In this document: one piece after another, positions 24,340 through 35,123 of the stretch
Numbering within the stretch: the stretch's first letter is position 1
How the letters are laid out: each line of letters begins with the position of its first letter
IMG/VR virus record: IMGVR_UViG_3300001279_000031
Coordinates: 22,340 to 86,339 of that record
Source of the DNA: a virus
DNA: 64,000 nucleotides
Reading direction: 5' to 3' (one strand)
Position numbers and translations under genes: made by a program
Notes under the pieces: model-generated
Seen by the model: only the letters and a program-made list of their open reading frames with translations
Database searches by the model: none
Told to the model about the DNA's origin: nothing

Positions 24340-26160
24340 AATTTATTTATTAATAATAATAGTTGTTATAGGTTTTCAATACTATTGGTAGTCATTAACT
24401 ACGAATAGTCTCAAATCAATGAGTTACCCTAAACATTTACTACTTCAATGATTCTTTCAAATCATTAATAGCTAGTAAGCTATTAAATGACTATTAATTA
24501 TGATTTTTTGTAATTTTTTATGACTTTTGTAATTTTTGTATAAAAAGAATTTATAAAGTGTGATATACGATTAATTTTTAAACTAGTTATCGTGGTTGTT
24601 ACCTTAATAACGGGATTCATTCCGAAGAATTGAATAGCTACGCCCATCTTTTAAAAACAATGTACCTTGTTGTCATGAATTTCGGGTACATGACTACCAG
24701 TATAGCTGCCGGAATTACCCTCACCCACTATATGAAATTGTTTATACTGCATGAATATATTTCTATATTCTACGAATATCTAGGATTTCAACCTATTGCC
24801 AGAGTCTACAGGCTTGCTTCTGCTACCTTAACACATGTTAGTACGACGTACTTTGTGGATATACTTATGACGGTTCAGCGCACATATTTTACCTTACATT
24901 TGTGCCCTACTAATAAGTTTAGATATATTTTTAGCGATACCGGTCGGCAGTTAAGTTAGTCTGACTTGTTAATTAAAACTATCAGGGGACTTCTAACTAA
25001 GACGAACTTTTGGTTATATTACTTTAGCTTCTTTAGCTATTTCATAATGAGTTTTCCTTCTCATGACACATACTAATATATTTATGTAAACTCTTCTTTC
25101 ATTGTTTACCGTATTTAGTACTCTAGTCATATTTATACTTTCTCTTCTTATTGGATATAAGCGATGCTCACTATAAATACTTACATGTATTTTAATTGCT
25201 TGTAATTACAATAATTATTTAAAGACAGATAATTACTGCCAATGTATTTTATAAATATTAATAAAACTTATCTTATCTTAAGAAATATATCGAATTAGTG
25301 ATATAGCCCACTTGTTCGGCTTTTGTTTGTCATTTATTTTTGACTATAAACTTATTTTATATTCCGCTTCGTTTACTATGCGGTAGTTCCGTAACATAAT
25401 AGTAATTTTCTCAGCCAATGTTTATTATATTCTGCTCATTATTTATAAGTATAAGATAGGTTAGGCACAAAGTGATTAGCTATCTGTTCTTCCTACTTAT
25501 AAGACATTGCTACCATCCCCTTAAACGGAGAAGTATGGGATTAAACCATTAATTTTTATATAGACCCTGTATTTACCATACAGCTATAGTTCACAACTAT
25601 AGTCCTTGTTTACTTTATTAAATGTTACTTCACATCCAAGCTTCATAAGTACAAGTTCTTTTATAATATAGTTTATTATAAACATGGACAATTTTACACT
25701 TATTTACAATATAAGTCATTAACCAATGCACTGAACACTCTTGTGATAATAATTTTTATAGTTACTTATGGACAGCAACTTTTCTACGTTATCTGTATTA
25801 CAATGATAATATAAGTGTTGTTGGACTTTTTCACTTATTGCTACTCGTGTTTAGACTATAAACCCTTTTTGATATTGTAATTGAAATTACTAACGGTTTA
25901 TATTTATTGTCAAGGTTTCTTTCCATCTATTATCATTAATGGCGCTACATAGCGATGCCTTACTATCATATCAGGATAGGTTTGCATAAACTGTTTATCC
26001 GATACCTTTGTAACATTAGGATTATTCTGTATATATCACCAATCGGTTCTCATATATACTTGCGTGCGTTACGTCCATTCACGCCTTATACATAGTTTTT
26101 CATACTATATATATTTCGTAGCTACTTTTGTGCTGTACACATATCTTACTACCCAGTTTG
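24340..26160 (-). ncRNA. Putative large structured non-coding RNA region
   Basis: ~1.8 kb with no credible ORF and many hairpins whose loops read UUCG or GNRA on the - strand. Boundaries are unknown. Confidence 0.5.
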
Positions 26161-26168
26161 TTTAATTG

Positions 26169-26573
26169 TTAAATAGGCTCTTTAATGATACAAGCCCGTA
26201 TTAATGAATCTAATCCAAGAGTATCCAAATTCTTGTTTATATCTATACTATCGTGTCGGTGTATAGAACGACTTACCGTTTTCCATTTTGTTATATAGAT
26301 TGGAAAATATCTATATTTTGTTCTCCATCTAATTACCACTTTAGATAAAGAGTTATTATTCACACTTACAGTGCGATTTAATGCATTCTGTACATTTACT
26401 TTACCTGTTCTCGATATATCTATATTGAGAGGTAATTCCAATTGATTCGGTGTAAATGAAGCTGTTTTTATTTCTACTGCATTTGCCGTAGAAGGTTTTG
26501 TTATTATATTACCAATAAAACTACCGGCTATTATAAAAACAATACATATTAGATAGGACTCAAACTTCCGCAT
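26169..26573 (-). CDS. Membrane-anchored or secreted hypothetical protein
   Basis: N-terminal hydrophobic segment. Confidence 0.65.
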   Translation of the reverse strand: MRKFESYLICIVFIIAGSFIGNIITKPSTANAVEIKTASFTPNQLELPLNIDISRTGKVNVQNALNRTVSVNNNSLSKVVIRWRTKYRYFPIYITKWKTVSRSIHRHDSIDINKNLDTLGLDSLIRACIIKEPI

Positions 26574-28111
26574 ACATCTTTAATTTTATTACGAAGTTTA
26601 TCTATAAATGAAAAATCCTTATCAATTGTAGTTCGAGCATCTAATGGCTTAAAATAATTAGCAATTTCATTAAGTTTTTCACTTATTGATTTTTTATCAT
26701 CTTCTGTTAAAGTGTTATTATCTAATCTATTTTTAACATCTTTAGGAAAATAAGTAGTCGTTAAAAGTCCTAATGTCATTTTGTCAGCTGCGACACTTGG
26801 ATCTACAACACGATTTTTATCTTTATCATGCGTTGTAGCTTTTACATAATTTTTTAGCATCGTATCAACATCAAACAATGGATTTAATAAAAAATTCAAT
26901 TCAGGCATTGCACTCATTTCATGCGATATCTCCTGTATGCTAGGTGTTGTTTTTATTTTTTCACCACCTGTTTGTGTATAAACAGGATCACCTGCTTTAT
27001 CTTTTATTGCATTGCCATCTTTATCTTTTACTTCAGTTTTAACGATTGGAGTATATGATAATTTTTCTATTGCTTTTTCTTTAGAACTAACTTCAACCAA
27101 TGATGCTACTAAATCGGCTATCGTTTCATCTGAGGTACTTTTAGTTTGGAAGGCCTTTTTAACAAGTAAAAATGAGCTGATTGGATTTTTCGCATTCTTA
27201 ATATTTGTCCGAACAAGGCTGGACATACCGTTGATAAGAAAGGAAGTTCCAACAATTTTACATAATTCTTGTATCAAATCACCTATTGTAGCTTTTTTTG
27301 CTTCATCTTTTGCGTTTTCATCTTTTGCGTTTTGTACATCAAATGCTCTTAAAAAGGTTATAGCGTCAAACAAAGTAGCACCATTCATATATTTACTACC
27401 ATGTAATATTGCATTTAAACTATCAGGCAATTGCTCTTTAGTTATTTTCGTAGCATCTTTTGTTTCAATGCCATTAGCAATATCTGTTTTAGCTTTTTCA
27501 TCTTTCTTTTCATCGGCCTTTGCTTCTTTTGCTAATTCTTTAGGAACTTTAACATCAGTAAATTTTAGTTCTAACTGATCATCATTCTTATTTTCAAGTT
27601 GCTTCGGTGTCATATCTGGCAGTGTTACGCCAAATAAAGCACACGCATCCTTAAGAGCATTTGTAGTATGCTTATTTAATAATAATTTTGCTTCATAATC
27701 ATTATTAACAGCGCCTCTTAATTTAATAAATGATAAAACCATAATCGGATCCATCATCGAATCAGCCATTTCTACCAATTTAGCATCTGGCTTTTTACCA
27801 CCTTTATCATTGTCCATATAACGACGTTGACTAACGTATGCTAGTCTTGATAAAGTATCTAAAGATATTTTACTATCTTCAATGCTTTTTTGTAGATCTG
27901 TCGTAACATTAGTACCAATACTGATTGGTGCTGGCAATGGTTTTTTTACTTCTTCTGCTTTAACAGTTTCAACTTTAACTGTACTAGTTTTAGGAGTACT
28001 TTCCTTTTTATCTACTTTCTCTACAATTACAGGTTCTTTTTCTGTATTATTTGCAGGAATTATTTTAGGTGCATTGTTTTTATTAACGCCCTTGTTATGT
28101 TTCTTACTCAT
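26549..28111 (-). CDS. Large Lys/Asp/Glu-rich hypothetical protein
   Basis: 520-aa ORF without TAG. Confidence 0.8.
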   Translation of the reverse strand: MSKKHNKGVNKNNAPKIIPANNTEKEPVIVEKVDKKESTPKTSTVKVETVKAEEVKKPLPAPISIGTNVTTDLQKSIEDSKISLDTLSRLAYVSQRRYMDNDKGGKKPDAKLVEMADSMMDPIMVLSFIKLRGAVNNDYEAKLLLNKHTTNALKDACALFGVTLPDMTPKQLENKNDDQLELKFTDVKVPKELAKEAKADEKKDEKAKTDIANGIETKDATKITKEQLPDSLNAILHGSKYMNGATLFDAITFLRAFDVQNAKDENAKDEAKKATIGDLIQELCKIVGTSFLINGMSSLVRTNIKNAKNPISSFLLVKKAFQTKSTSDETIADLVASLVEVSSKEKAIEKLSYTPIVKTEVKDKDGNAIKDKAGDPVYTQTGGEKIKTTPSIQEISHEMSAMPELNFLLNPLFDVDTMLKNYVKATTHDKDKNRVVDPSVAADKMTLGLLTTTYFPKDVKNRLDNNTLTEDDKKSISEKLNEIANYFKPLDARTTIDKDFSFIDKLRNKIKDVCGSLSPI

Positions 28112-28183
28112 TATTTACGATTTTTTTTAAATTGATTTTAAAATGTTTATTAAAAAATGGATACTCTTTTACTAACTAAGAAT

Positions 28184-28567
28184 TCATGATGTGTTAATGA
28201 ACTTAGTTGGTTGATTACGCGCCATAGTTGACGTAGGAACTATTAATGTATTAAAAGCAATCGTGTTTACTTTCACATTAAATGAATTAATCGCTGAATA
28301 CAAAGATACAATTGTCTTATTATCTAATTTCTTATCAAATAAATCATATGTATCTACTACTAGTGCATTAAATGCATTACTAATAGGTATTTGTTGACTA
28401 GTAAGTTCTTCTTGCTTTTTTGAATTCCTACCTATGACAGTTCCAATAACTATACCAACAACTAAGCAAAATAATAATTTCCAAAATATTTCATTGCTTC
28501 TGTTGATTCTAGCTATTACAAAACAGGCGACTAAACCTATTAAGACTAAAACCGTTTGTAGTAACAT
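28184..28567 (-). CDS. Two-TM membrane protein
   Basis: Two N-terminal hydrophobic helices; directly downstream of the sigma factor. Confidence 0.65.
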   Translation of the reverse strand: MLLQTVLVLIGLVACFVIARINRSNEIFWKLLFCLVVGIVIGTVIGRNSKKQEELTSQQIPISNAFNALVVDTYDLFDKKLDNKTIVSLYSAINSFNVKVNTIAFNTLIVPTSTMARNQPTKFINTS

Positions 28568-28574
28568 AATGTTA

Positions 28575-29120
28575 TTAATTTTTGTAATTTTTGAGAATTT
28601 TTCTTAATTTTGCTTTAGATCTACTTATGTCACTTTTTACAGTGCCAATAGGGATCCGCATTAATTTACTAATCTCTCGATATGGTAGATTACTATAGTA
28701 GTATAATGTTAAAATCTTACGTTTAATAGGACTTAACTGGCACATACCTTTTTCTAGGAGTTCGCGTAACTCTAGATTTATTATATCAGCATCTGTATTA
28801 TTACAAGATACTTCTATATCTCCTATATTATCATCAATATCAACATTACGATTGCTGTTTTTTAATGATCTAATATAATCTATGCATGTGTTTACTGCTA
28901 TAGCTTTTAGCCAAGCTTCAAAACTTATATCATTTATATATGTATTTAATTTAAGCCATGCTTTTAAGAACGTACGATTGAGTACTTCATCTGTTAGACT
29001 AGTATCTTTCATAATATAACTAATGTTATTACGTATCTTATCTTTATACATATTATAAAGTTTTGTAAATGATATTTCATCTTTATTCTTAGCGTTTTCG
29101 ATTAAGATTTTCTCATTCAT
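28575..29120 (-). CDS. ECF (sigma-70 group 4) RNA polymerase sigma factor
   Basis: Region 2 DEVLNRTFLKAW...FEAWLKAIAVNTCIDYIR; region 4 LPYREISKLMRIPIGTVKSDISRSKAKLR. Confidence 0.9.
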   Translation of the reverse strand: MNEKILIENAKNKDEISFTKLYNMYKDKIRNNISYIMKDTSLTDEVLNRTFLKAWLKLNTYINDISFEAWLKAIAVNTCIDYIRSLKNSNRNVDIDDNIGDIEVSCNNTDADIINLELRELLEKGMCQLSPIKRKILTLYYYSNLPYREISKLMRIPIGTVKSDISRSKAKLRKILKNYKN

Positions 29121-29129
29121 TTAACTGTT

Positions 29130-29609
29130 TTAAAAAGGAAGATGTAGGATATTTGTAGCGTAATAATTACGCCACTCATATTCTGCATCTAAAATATTAA
29201 AATGTAAATTTGCCATTAATTGTGCTTTTTCATTGTGTGTCAATACTGGTAATTTACTTACCATATTACATGCTATTTTTTCAAATACTAAATTTGTTTT
29301 TCTAGTATTTAAGTCAATACACAATGATATGTTTTTGTTAACAAAAGCACAAATATTCCAGAATTTATCTTTAATGAGGTAATTTTGATCACATAAAGAT
29401 AATAGTTGTGTAATTGTAACTGTTTTATCTTTTTTATCATCGAAACATATATTACTGTTTGCTAAATAACGATACTCATTATATAATTCATTTAATGACA
29501 TTGTAAAAAATCTAGCTGTAGTACGTAAAAATACATATTTATCAGCTAGATTTAATTGTGAAATATCTGGATATCCCTTCCAAAAATTCCTATAATCTTT
29601 AAACATCAT
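29130..29609 (-). CDS. Hypothetical protein
   Basis: 159-aa ORF ending LPF. Confidence 0.65.
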   Translation of the reverse strand: MMFKDYRNFWKGYPDISQLNLADKYVFLRTTARFFTMSLNELYNEYRYLANSNICFDDKKDKTVTITQLLSLCDQNYLIKDKFWNICAFVNKNISLCIDLNTRKTNLVFEKIACNMVSKLPVLTHNEKAQLMANLHFNILDAEYEWRNYYATNILHLPF

Positions 29610-30099
29610 ACTCTTTATTATTTATGTATTTTTCCATTAAGGAAAATATAAAATCTGTAATGCTTATAGACCAGCCATTATCTAATTGCATTCTATTTTT
29701 AATGTAAGATAATGGTAATTGTTCTTTTTTAAGAACTAAAAATTGTTTAATCCAAATATTGATATCGTCCTGCGTTACTTTTTGTGGATCTAATTCATTA
29801 TAATCTATAAATAAAGGTGATTGTGGTAATTCTATTCCTTCAAATAATGGAATAACGAATATTTTCCTAGAAGTTTTGTCATTAAAATTGTAAGTTGATA
29901 ACGCATCGATTTCTTCTTTTGTTAAGGCAACAATATTGCCCTTTAAAAATTCTCTAAAATCTATGCCATTTAATATTTTTAATAGAGAATTTCCAATTAT
30001 ATTTACTAAGAATATCCTATCTTGTAAATATATAATGTATTGTCCTTTATTCATTATGAAATATTTTATAGAACTTTTTACTAATAAAAGACGCGTCAA
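29599..30099 (-). CDS. Hypothetical protein (true start probably the internal ATG, MNKGQ)
   Basis: ORF in a tightly packed operon. Confidence 0.6.
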   Translation of the reverse strand: MTRLLLVKSSIKYFIMNKGQYIIYLQDRIFLVNIIGNSLLKILNGIDFREFLKGNIVALTKEEIDALSTYNFNDKTSRKIFVIPLFEGIELPQSPLFIDYNELDPQKVTQDDINIWIKQFLVLKKEQLPLSYIKNRMQLDNGWSISITDFIFSLMEKYINNKEYDV

Positions 30100-30229
30100 C
30101 TATATCTAAGTCATATGTACTTTGTATCGCTAAAGTAAATGTCGACTCGTTACTACATGATTTAGCTAATTTTTTTAAGTTAGCTTTTTCACCAGGTTTA
30201 TCAAAAAAGGTATATTTAATTACTTTCAT
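30047..30229 (-). CDS. Small hypothetical protein
   Basis: 60-aa ORF overlapping both neighbours. Confidence 0.55.
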   Translation of the reverse strand: MKVIKYTFFDKPGEKANLKKLAKSCSNESTFTLAIQSTYDLDIVDASFISKKFYKIFHNE

Positions 30230-30747
30230 CGTACATTTTCTCTATAATTATCTACATCATCTATTATTTGACAATAATTTACTTTTAATTTTTTAAATTC
30301 ATCAAATGCTATTGGACTTAATATTCCTACGGGATAATTATAATTAGTATATTCAAATAATTTATTTATACGTGCAAATCTAGCATTTCTGATATTAGTA
30401 GATAGTAAAAATATGTTACTATATCTGTTAATATCTTCATATAAAATATTAACATATGCTATATATACCTTTTGATTTTTTAAGGCATATATCCATTCTT
30501 CCGGCATCCGTTTCTTTATGTATCCACGAAAGCCTTGTTTGCTTATTTTCTTTGATCCAACCATTTCTTTTTTATTTGATATTTCTAATTCATCAAGACT
30601 ATAATATTTATGATTTGATAATGTTATACTTATATTATTATATAATTCATTACTACTAATCATTTTAAGTACTATGCTAGTACCTATAACCTGTAAATAT
30701 ACAGGTTTTCTACTTATAATTATAGATATATACTCTTCATATGTCAT
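30226..30747 (-). CDS. Hypothetical protein
   Basis: 173-aa ORF. Confidence 0.65.
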   Translation of the reverse strand: MTYEEYISIIISRKPVYLQVIGTSIVLKMISSNELYNNISITLSNHKYYSLDELEISNKKEMVGSKKISKQGFRGYIKKRMPEEWIYALKNQKVYIAYVNILYEDINRYSNIFLLSTNIRNARFARINKLFEYTNYNYPVGILSPIAFDEFKKLKVNYCQIIDDVDNYRENVR

Positions 30748-30963
30748 AATAATAATAATATTATTAATAAAATTAATATAGCACTTAAATACTAAAGATA
30801 TACATGCTATATTAATATTTTATAATTTGATATTATGTAAAATATTGTAAGATTTTAATTTTAGTAGTGTGCGATCCAGTAGGACTTAACCATCAAGGGT
30901 CTCTACTAAAGGTTATTAATCTTAGATACTTAGGATACATCAATATCAAATCTTTTGATAGAT

Positions 30964-31542
30964 TTACCTATTTTTTCCAACATGATAACTTGCATTATTA
31001 GCTACACTTTCAGTGTTACTAGCTACACTTTTATCTGTAACATCGTGCAACTGTTGAGCGTCTTCCGGTAAGACTTCATTCTCAGTTTTACTTTTCCAAC
31101 TGCTAAAATATGTAGCTACATCTTTCGAAGCAAACAATTCTTGCAATTGCGAAATTAACAATGCTGTTTCTGTATTTAAATGATTTAAACCATTTGAATA
31201 CACTTTTTTAATCTCTTCTGATTTATTATAATAATCTCTAACAGATAATGTACCTGTTTTAAAAGTTTCACCGAGCTCGGTTAGACTCTTTAAACGGATT
31301 TTAAAGACTGTTTCTTCACCACGTTTATATCTAAGTAAAATAAGTTGACGACATCTCTCAAACTTATTTTCACTTAAAATCATAGAAGCTTGTTCAATCT
31401 TTATTTCTTGCTCCTTTTTTGTAATTTGTTCTGCAGCAGCTTTCAACGCATCCACATTCATTAATGTTTTTTTGGTGATCTGCTCTTTTATATCACCATC
31501 AACATCTAAAGACATAAAGTCATTTGTCTTTTTTTCTTCCAT
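30964..31542 (-). CDS. Coiled-coil hypothetical protein
   Basis: 192-aa ORF with the leader ttatcaaaATG. Confidence 0.7.
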   Translation of the reverse strand: MEEKKTNDFMSLDVDGDIKEQITKKTLMNVDALKAAAEQITKKEQEIKIEQASMILSENKFERCRQLILLRYKRGEETVFKIRLKSLTELGETFKTGTLSVRDYYNKSEEIKKVYSNGLNHLNTETALLISQLQELFASKDVATYFSSWKSKTENEVLPEDAQQLHDVTDKSVASNTESVANNASYHVGKNR

Positions 31543-31553
31543 TTTGATAATTT

Positions 31554-31739
31554 TTAATTGTTAATACTTTTATTTTGATAATATTGTTTTAATAATTTAT
31601 TTTTAGAAATACCAAATAATTCACGTATAGTGGATGGATTTGTTTTTCTAATTTCAATTATATCTGCATTTTTTTTAGTAGCTTTATAGCTACTATATAA
31701 ATGTGTTCTATCCTCTTTCAATTTTAATTTTTTTATCAT
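31554..31739 (-). CDS. Small basic hypothetical protein
   Basis: 61-aa ORF whose leader and first six codons form the duplicated 54-bp repeat. Confidence 0.6.
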   Translation of the reverse strand: MIKKLKLKEDRTHLYSSYKATKKNADIIEIRKTNPSTIRELFGISKNKLLKQYYQNKSINN

Positions 31740-31774
31740 TTTAATAATTTTAATTTAAAAGTAAGCAGATTAGC
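31721..31774. repeat. 54-bp direct repeat, copy A (left flank of host insert)
   Basis: Matches 34736-34789 at 51 of 54 positions without gaps. Confidence 0.95.
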
Positions 31775-31904
31775 CACCATCGGTTGTTACTTTATACGGT
31801 AATAGAAAGGTTGTCCAACCCAGTGCATAACTAACAAGACCTAATGTTATCAACAAATAGTCCCTAAATTCACGAAGGATAATAGTCTTACCAATTTTAC
31901 TCAT
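31770..31904 (-). pseudogene. yitT: Truncated 5' stub of a host YitT-family membrane protein gene
   Basis: MSKIGKTIILREFRDYLLITLGLVSYALGWTTFLLPYKVTTDGG* resembles the Bacteroidales YitT N-terminus (recalled pattern DYxxIxLG...GWxxFLLP...TTGG). It is cut off where the repeat begins. Confidence 0.75.
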
Positions 31905-31921
31905 ATAATATATTCTTATTT

Positions 31922-34714
31922 TCAGCCGACTACAACGTTCACAATCTTATTCGGAACAACGATAATCTTCCTGATATTCTTCCCGGCAATCCATTTCTGT
32001 GAATCGTCATGCGCAAGTACCGTCTTTTCAATGGCTTCGCGGTCAATGTCGACAGGGAAATCAATGGAGAAACGAGCTTTGCCGTTAAACGAGATTGTGT
32101 ATTTAACGGAATCTTCTTTCAGATATTCTTCATTGCACACAGGCCATTGTGCATCGCAAACGGATGCCGTATGTCCCAATGCTTCCCATAACTCCTCGGC
32201 AATGTGCGGGGCAAACGGAGCAATAAGCACAACCAAGTCACTCAACACCTGCTTGTTGTTGCACGTCAAAGCTGTGAGTTCGTTTACGCAAATCATGAAT
32301 GCACTGATAGAAGTGTTGTATGAGAAACTCTCTATATCTCCGGTTACTTTCTTTATCAGTTTGTTAATGCTTTTCAACTCTTCTTTCGTGGCTTCACCGT
32401 CGACGGGGATAAACTCGTCGGCCTTGTTCCAGAATAAGAACCAGAATTTGCGCAAGAAACGGTGAACACCGTCTATTCCGTTAGTATCCCACGGTTTCGA
32501 TTGCTCAACAGGCCCGAGGAACATCTCGTACATGCGCAGTGTGTCGGCGCCGTATTTCTCAACAATCATATCGGGATTAACGACGTTGAACATCGACTTG
32601 CTCATCTTTTCAACAGCCCAACCGCAGACATACTTGCCATTTTCCAATACAAACTCTGCATTGTTATATTCCGGTCTCCACTTCTTGAAAGCCTCAACGT
32701 CCAATATATCATTCGATACAATATTTACGTTAACATGTATTGGCGTAGTATCATATTTGTCTTTCAACCCGAGAGAAACAAAAGTGTTTGTATCTTTAAT
32801 TCGGTAAACGAAGTTGCTTCGTCCCTGAATCATTCCCTGATTAACCAGTTTTTGGAACGGCTCTTCCTTAACCGAAACTCCTAAATCAAATAAAAACTTG
32901 TTCCAGAAGCGCGAATATATCAAGTGCCCTGTTGCATGCTCGGTACCTCCCACGTACAAATCGACATTCTGCCAATAACGGTCGACCTTTTCCGAAACCA
33001 ACGCCTTATTGTTATGCGGATCCATGTAACGAAGATAGTATGCAGATGAACCTGCAAAACCCGGCATAGTATTGAGTTCCAACGGATAACCTTCTTTTGT
33101 CTTCCAGTTCTTGGCGCGTCCCAATGGCGGTTCGCCGGTTTCCGTCGGTAAATATTTGTCTATTTCAGGCAATTCAAGAGGCAGTTCGTCATCACTTAAA
33201 ACATGAGGTATTCCGTCTTTGTAATACACCGGGAACGGTTCACCCCAATAACGTTGGCGACTAAAGATGGCATCGCGCAGGCGGTAGTTTATCTTTACTC
33301 GCCCGAGATTATTCTCGGTTACGTACTTCTTTGTTGCTGCAATTGCCTCTTTTACTGTCATGCCGTTGAGATTAAGTTGTCCTTCCTTCTCTTGTCCCGG
33401 CTTGGGTGAATTCATCATTATGCCGTCCTTGGCATCAAAGCTCTCCTCGCTGACGTCGCATCCTTCAATCAGCGGACGAATTTCAAGGCCGAACTCTTTG
33501 GCAAAAGCATAGTCGCGACTGTCGTGCGCCGGTACGGCCATAATGGCTCCCGTGCCGTATCCTGCCAATACATAATCGCTAATCCAAATGGGAATAGCTT
33601 CATTTGTCAACGGATTTATAGCATACGAACCTGAGAATACTCCCGTAACCTTGCGGTCGGCAATACGTTCACGTTCGGTTCTTTTCTTTGTTCTTTCCAA
33701 ATATGCCTTCACGTCTGTTTGTTGAGCCGGAGTAGTCAACTCGGCAACCAACTCACTTTCCGGGGCAAGTACCATGAATGTAACACCGAAGATAGTATCT
33801 GCACGCGTAGTGAAAATAGTAAACTCAACGTCGCTGTCTTTTACTTTGAACTGCATTTCAGTACCTTCGCTACGCCCTATCCAGTTACGTTGTGTCTCTT
33901 TAAGCGAATCTGTCCATTCGATAGTGTCCAATCCGTCAAGCAGGCGTTGGGCGTATGCCGACATACGCAAGCACCATTGGCGCATCTTCTTCTGCACAAC
34001 AGGATAACCGCCGCGCAACGAAATTCCTTCAACAACTTCATCATTGGCAAGCACCGTACCTAACTTCGGACACCAGTTAACAACCGAATCTCCAAGATAA
34101 GCTATACGACAATTCATCAAAGCATCGCTTTTTGCCTTTTCGTCCTTGGCTTTCCATTCGTCGGCAGTAAACAAAAGTTCTTCGCTGCAAGCAGCGTTAA
34201 TGCCTTCAGTACCTGTGGTTTCAAACTTCTCTATAAGTTTATCTATCGGTTGGGCTTTGTCCAGGTCTTTATCATAATAACTGTTGAACATACGGATGAA
34301 AGCCCACTGTGTCCAGTGATAATATCCGGGGTCGCACGTACGTACTTCACGGTCCCAATCGAAAGAAAAGCCAATCTTATCCAATTGGCTGCGATAACGG
34401 TTTATATTGTTTGTTGTTGTAATTGCAGGATGTTGTCCGGTCTGAATGGCATATTGTTCTGCTGGAAGCCCGTATGCATCATATCCCATCGGATTAAGAA
34501 CATTAAATCCTTGTAACCGTTTGTAACGGGCATAAATATCTGTAGCAATATATCCCAACGGATGCCCAACATGCAAACCCGCACCGGAGGGATAAGGAAA
34601 CATATTCAGTACATAGTATTTCTTCTTTGTTTCGTCTTCTACAACATGGTACGTTTTATTCTCGACCCATTTTTTTTGCCATTTCTTTTCAATCTCGCTG
34701 AAATTATATTCCAT
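31922..34714 (-). CDS. leuS: Leucyl-tRNA synthetase of Bacteroidales host type, intact (930 aa)
   Basis: [14 protein letters not shown] (HIGH), KMSKS, CP1 editing motifs FTTRADT and [15 protein letters not shown]-terminal IVNVV; visibly GC-richer than its flanks. Confidence 0.98.
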   Translation of the reverse strand: MEYNFSEIEKKWQKKWVENKTYHVVEDETKKKYYVLNMFPYPSGAGLHVGHPLGYIATDIYARYKRLQGFNVLNPMGYDAYGLPAEQYAIQTGQHPAITTTNNINRYRSQLDKIGFSFDWDREVRTCDPGYYHWTQWAFIRMFNSYYDKDLDKAQPIDKLIEKFETTGTEGINAACSEELLFTADEWKAKDEKAKSDALMNCRIAYLGDSVVNWCPKLGTVLANDEVVEGISLRGGYPVVQKKMRQWCLRMSAYAQRLLDGLDTIEWTDSLKETQRNWIGRSEGTEMQFKVKDSDVEFTIFTTRADTIFGVTFMVLAPESELVAELTTPAQQTDVKAYLERTKKRTERERIADRKVTGVFSGSYAINPLTNEAIPIWISDYVLAGYGTGAIMAVPAHDSRDYAFAKEFGLEIRPLIEGCDVSEESFDAKDGIMMNSPKPGQEKEGQLNLNGMTVKEAIAATKKYVTENNLGRVKINYRLRDAIFSRQRYWGEPFPVYYKDGIPHVLSDDELPLELPEIDKYLPTETGEPPLGRAKNWKTKEGYPLELNTMPGFAGSSAYYLRYMDPHNNKALVSEKVDRYWQNVDLYVGGTEHATGHLIYSRFWNKFLFDLGVSVKEEPFQKLVNQGMIQGRSNFVYRIKDTNTFVSLGLKDKYDTTPIHVNVNIVSNDILDVEAFKKWRPEYNNAEFVLENGKYVCGWAVEKMSKSMFNVVNPDMIVEKYGADTLRMYEMFLGPVEQSKPWDTNGIDGVHRFLRKFWFLFWNKADEFIPVDGEATKEELKSINKLIKKVTGDIESFSYNTSISAFMICVNELTALTCNNKQVLSDLVVLIAPFAPHIAEELWEALGHTASVCDAQWPVCNEEYLKEDSVKYTISFNGKARFSIDFPVDIDREAIEKTVLAHDDSQKWIAGKNIRKIIVVPNKIVNVVVG

Positions 34715-34735
34715 GATGACCGTATTTTATTATCT

Positions 34736-34789
34736 ATTTTAATTTTTTTACCATTTTGATAATTTTAATTTAAAAGTAAGCATATTAGC
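34736..34789. repeat. 54-bp direct repeat, copy B (right flank of host insert)
   Basis: Matches 31721-31774 at 51 of 54 positions. Confidence 0.95.
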
Positions 34790-35123
34790 ATATTTGCATA
34801 CCTTATTTTGCTAAATTCCCATGTCCTTCATTCAAATCACGTTTGAACATGATTGCCGTCAAATAGCTTGTATTATATATAATATAATATTAGGGGTCTG
34901 GAATGCTTACCAATTACTTTATTCATATGATAATAATTAATAATTATTTGTTAATGAAGAATATTTCGTTATTCATCATCATTGTAGCGCATCTTTCTAT
35001 CCTTTTTTTTAAAAGGATTTAATTTAGCATGTTTTGCTTTAGTGTGAAAAGTAGGATTATTATCGTTACCACTTCTCTTTTTTTTGTCCTTAAAAGTTTT
35101 GCTCATGACACATAACTTTATTC

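Noticed and set aside
24630-24959. 109-aa + strand ORF in the long intergenic region
   Set aside because: It has a TTG start, runs opposite to all neighbours, has atypical composition and overlaps the hairpin cluster.
25775-25791. GCAAC...TACGTTA as a fourth ECF-type promoter
   Set aside because: The spacer is only 7 nt, against 16-17 in the other three.
25823-25834. GTGAAAAAGTCC on the - strand, resembling the RNase P RNA motif GAGGAAAGTCC
   Set aside because: No convincing partner strand for the P4 helix was found.
27012-28130. Hydrophobic + strand ORFs
   Set aside because: They are antisense to the Lys/Glu-rich 520-aa gene.
31761-31896. Structured RNA leader closed by gtaag/cttac, seemingly matching 34777-34915
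   Set aside because: The interior is yitT coding sequence. The shared cttaccaatt 10-mer may be chance or microhomology and does not support an RNA family.
32009-34759. Many + strand ORFs over leuS
   Set aside because: They are antisense shadows of a GC-richer gene and show no recognisable motifs.
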